The position numbers were made by a program, and so were the translations under genes. The notes below the pieces were generated by a model that was not told the origin of the DNA, searched no databases, and saw only the letters and a program-made list of their open reading frames with translations. A DNA stretch of 64,000 nt from the human T2T-CHM13v2.0 reference genome, Homo sapiens. Below are positions 59,813-64,000 of the stretch, one piece after another. The stretch's first letter is position 1. The number at the start of each line of letters is the position of its first letter. Where the stretch lies: the NCBI RefSeq assembly GCF_009914755.1, contig NC_060939.1, one strand, 5' to 3'.

Positions 59813-61038
59813 CCAGAAGAAATATTTTTAACACTTAAGCTTTACAGTTAAACAGCATATGAAACATTTTGAAATTGAAGATTTTTTGTTATAGAGAAAT
59901 ACAATAGGGTACTCTATATAATTTCAAACAGAGTAATACAGTTCCATAAGAAAGATGAAATGGAAGTATGACTCTAAGAAGGAAGGGGAAAGATGGAAAA
60001 TTTCTGAGCATTTATTTATGGATGATGATGGGTATCAAATCGTCTTAGTAATTAGAATCCACTGAATATAATTAAAATAGTGATGTAATTTTTTAAAAAG
60101 TAATATTTAATATATGGTAGAAATTATCTCCCTTGTAACTATTTAAATTCATGATGAAATATTTTAGATGTCAGCTTTAAAAATGTATGAGGCTTTAGAG
60201 TTTCTCAAGTTCTTTTAGGGGATATTTAAGCAAAAGAAATAGGAGAGGCTATTTGCATCTGGATTTTCTGGAGAGACTCGTTGACATCTGGGCAGCATGG
60301 TGGAAAAGGGTGTCAGCATTGGCATTTTAGTAGAAAGAGGACTGGGTTGGCGCTGACCTTTCTGGATTTGAATCCAGGTCTGCTATGTGCTACTTGTGCC
60401 GTCTTGGGTAAGGTACTGAACCTCTCTGAACCTTCATTTCCTCATCTGTAAAATGAGCAGAAGGGAGTATTTTTACTGGCCAGGAACTTCAGGCTTATGC
60501 ATTGGTAAACAGAATTAGGATTCACCCTGTTTTCAGTAAAATCCCTTTAAATTTGAGGCCTGGGTGGAACTGACAGGTGGAGTTTGAAGGCACATCTGCT
60601 AGCTCACATAGGAAACAGAATCTCCCAGGGAAAAGACATAGGACCTCTGACTCTAACTGAGGTTCTGGATTATTATGAGAGATTTTCAGAAATGGTCTAA
60701 TGGTGTTGGCTTGCTCCATACCATAGATTTTAAGAGACAGTAGAGCTTCTGCGATGAGATTCCCCCATAAAATAATTATGGATCTGCACTGGCAAGCTGG
60801 TCTTGGCTCCAAAGACCAAGAGTTGGTTTGTGGTGCTGATTCTGAACCCTTGCGATGCAACTGTCTGGTAGTAAAATGGCTTTGTATGGTAAGAAAGCTT
60901 TAATCCTCGAGGCCTAGACAACTTTACTGCAGGGCATTCTCTACAGGATGACTTTAGTGGGGAGGTGATGTTTTCTTTGTTGAAAGATAATTTTCCAAAA
61001 AAGGATAAAATCATTAAGTGTTATATAAAATGAACACG

Positions 61039-61606
61039 TGTATTAGGGTTCTCCAGAGGGACAGAACTAATAGGATATATGTATATATGAAAGGGAGTTT
61101 ATTAAGGAGAATTGACTCACACGATCACAAGGTGAAGTCCCACGATAGGTCCTCTGCCAGCTGAGGAGCAAGGAAGCCAGTAGAGGCTCAGTCCGAGTCC
61201 AAAAACCTCAAATGTAGGGAGGCCAACAGTGCAGCCTTCAGTCTGTGGCCAGAAGCCCAAGAGCCCCCAGCAGACCACTGGTATAAGTCCAAGAATCCAA
61301 AGGCCAAAGAACCTGCAGTCTGATGTCCAAGGGCAGGAAACATCCAGCACGGGAGAAAGATGAAAGCCGGAAGACTCAGCAAGCCATCTTATCCCACCTT
61401 CTTCCACTTGCTTTGTTCTAGCGCTGCTGGCAGCCGATTGAATGGTGCCCACCCACATTGAGGGTAGGTGGGTCATCCTCTCCCAGTCCGTTGAGTCAAA
61501 TGTTAATCTCCTCTAGCAGCACCTTCACAGACACACCCAGAAACAATACTAGCTATCTAGGCATCTTTCAATCCAATCAAGTTGACACCTCATATTAACC
61601 ATCATA
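61039..61606 (-). mobile_element. MLT2A (HERV-L) solo LTR
   Basis: tgtattagggttctccagagggacagaac...tcaagttgacacctcatattaaccatca; 5-bp TSD acacg/gcacg. Confidence 0.88.
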
Positions 61607-62173
61607 GCACGTTAGAGGTTTTATTTTATGTACTAATCAATGAAGGAACCAGACAAACATCATAATGATTCAAAAGATAATTCAAAGAACAGACACATTT
61701 ATACAGAGTTGTAAAACAGCTCGAAGACACTGAACCAGGCTAGAATCAGTAATCCAAAAGGATATGCTATGTGGAGAAAACACAAAGTTGCAAAAATAGC
61801 TCAAAGAGGAAGCTTAGAATCAAATAGCCCGGAGGGGTGTCCAGAAATGCGTAGTTTATTTTATTAAAACCATTTTTTCCTATAACTTCAAAAGGGGCTC
61901 CTGAGCTGTCACAGCCCCTGGGGAGCGGCACTGATTTCTAGTTTAATTAATAGCAAGACCACCTGTTCCATGTTCTCTCTGGTTCTATAAGGACTCATCC
62001 CTTGGCCTCTTTATGTCTGGGATGGGAACAACTTTTAGCTATTGCTAGTCTTGGGGCTTTACCTTAACCCTGCCCAACCTTTGTAAATATTTCCTCCTTT
62101 AAACTCTCCTCAACTTAAAATAGGGAGGAGGGCGGGAAGAAGGAAGGAACAATCACTTGTTGCAGATTCTAGG

Positions 62174-62940
62174 TGCTATAGACAGAATATTCTGTTTCTC
62201 CCCAGTTAATATGTTGAAATTCTTCCCCACAAGGTGATGGTATTAGGAGGTGGGACATTTGGGAAGTGACAGAGTCCTGTGGGTGGAGCCCTCCTGAATG
62301 AGATTAGTGCTCTTATAAAAGAGGCCTGAGGGAAGGCCTCTTTAGTCTGCTTAGTGTTGCGATAAAGGAATACCCAAGTCTGAGTAACTTATAAAGAAAA
62401 AATGGTTTATTTGGCTCACTGTTTTGCAGGTGGGGGCATCTGGTGAGGGCCTCAGGGTGCTTCCACTCATGGCAGAAGGCAAAGGGAAGCCAGTGTACAG
62501 AGATCACAGGGTGAGACAGGTAGCAAGAGAGAGCGGTGAGGTGCCAGGCCTTGTTTAGCAACCAGCTCTTGTGGGAACTAATAGAGTAAGAGCTCACTCA
62601 CTACAGCAAGGACAGCATCAAGCCATCCATGAGGGATCTGCCCCCATGGCCCAAACACCTTCCACTAGGCCCCATCTCCAACACTGGTATCAAATTTTAA
62701 TATGAGGTTGGCAGGACAAACATCCAAACTATAGTGGGTCCCTAGCCCCTTCTGCCACGTGAGGATGCAGTGAGAAGACAGCCATTTATGAACCAGAAAT
62801 GGGATCTCACCAAACACTAAATCTGCCAATGCCTTAATCTTGGACATCCCAGTCTCCAGAACTGTGAGAAATAAATTTCTGTTATTTATATGTCACCCAA
62901 TCTGTGGTATTCTGTCATAGTAGCCTAAATGAACTAAAAC
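62174..62940. mobile_element. MLT1A-type LTR with nested opposite-strand MST LTR (~62338-62735)
   Basis: MLT1 halves (gtgatggtattaggaggtggg / ccagtctccagaactgtgagaaataaatttctg) split by MST sequence (ataaaggaatacc...caaacatccaaactata). Confidence 0.75.
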
Positions 62941-64000
62941 TCTAGAAAACAGGGATGATTAGAACAAAACTGCAAATACACATATAATCACCCCTGGGTT
63001 GGAAAATTCTGGGAAAAGGCTGGATGTTCTTTTAAATGTACAAATGTTCGAGCACAGAGACCTGTGTATTCAGTATATTTCTTCCAGCCCTGCTGTTTGA
63101 TCCTGTATGCGAATGTGCCTAGCACAATACTGGTCTGAGACAAATACTAATTTCCTTCTTTCTACTCACACGCACCCAAAAAAACACTACTAAATAAACT
63201 TGATGTGATGGTATCTGGGAGAGTCTGACCATCTAGATCTATCTATGAGAAAGTATTGTCAGACATTCTTGCTACTTCTTGTTGGAACTGGCAATTCGAC
63301 AGCTTTTATTTGCTTCTCCCTGGAGTTTCAGTGTTATGTGCTATAGTCATTTGAGGGATGGTTCATTTTATCTGATCACAAGCCTTCTAAAATAAAATAG
63401 AAAATAGTTGCTTCCTTGGGGTTAGTTAGGGTGGCAGCACTCAGCCAATGGCCATATCTTTTTCTATGTGTTTGGGGGCTTGTGTAAGAATTCTAAGAGC
63501 TACAAAAGTAAATATAATATAGTTATCAACTCCTAAATGACATATAAGTGTTGGAGACTGTTCTGCTCTTCATAGAAAATGAAGCTGCTTCTGCTCAAGT
63601 TCTCTAGTGAATGCCAAAGCACGTTACTTTCTCTTGGACTTTGATTCAACATTGGTTTAAAAAAGTCACCTTTCTTGGTAACTGTATTCATCGCAAAAGG
63701 AAAGAAGCACAAGGGAGCCAGTGGGTTGTATGATATAGGAGGAAGAAAAAGTCACGGCTGATCCTCTTAGGATCACCAAGCAGTCTTTTGATGATAATCT
63801 GGCTTCTCGTATCACTTGCCTTCGAAAAGAAAATATATTTGAGTTGCATTTTTAATTGTAAAAAAAAATTAAAAACCCCATTCTCCTTTTAATTTATAAA
63901 GTAATCTTTCAGGCAATTAAAATATTAACTAAAATTTATCTATTCCCCTGACTTCTATGCAAAAAAACTGGGCCTTAAGCAGGTCTAAAGCCTGGGTGGG

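Overview
Primate (almost certainly human) genomic DNA from the ANKRD34C-TMED3 locus (15q25 by recalled gene order). Two protein-coding genes lie on the + strand. ANKRD34C has a non-coding exon 1 in a CpG island (~18.2-18.75 kb), a single coding exon (CDS 28799-30406, 535 aa) and a ~3.3 kb 3'UTR. TMED3 (p24gamma4) has 3 coding exons, 217 aa. A perfect minus-strand splice donor inside ANKRD34C intron 1 supports the first exon of an overlapping antisense lncRNA (ANKRD34C-AS1). The rest is repeat-rich: a 5'-truncated dead L1PA2, Alus, THE1, LTR13, MLT2A, MLT1/MST, MER DNA transposons, old L1/L2/MIR and STRs. I found no new gene family or prokaryote-style system. The most promising unannotated structure is: (i) a control module in the ANKRD34C CpG island, with a near-perfect REST/RE1 site inside the antisense exon and a junction-spanning uORF that an alternative donor would delete; (ii) five LxRxxS/T kinase motifs in the disordered ANKRD34C tail; (iii) a ~90-nt L1-mediated micro-retrocopy with complete TPRT hallmarks; (iv) a ~190-bp non-tandem duplication at 2.5 kb spacing across the ANKRD34C 3' end; (v) a G24 tract in the TMED3 promoter. 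Repeat subfamily names come from remembered consensus sequences, and their boundaries are approximate unless a TSD is quoted.
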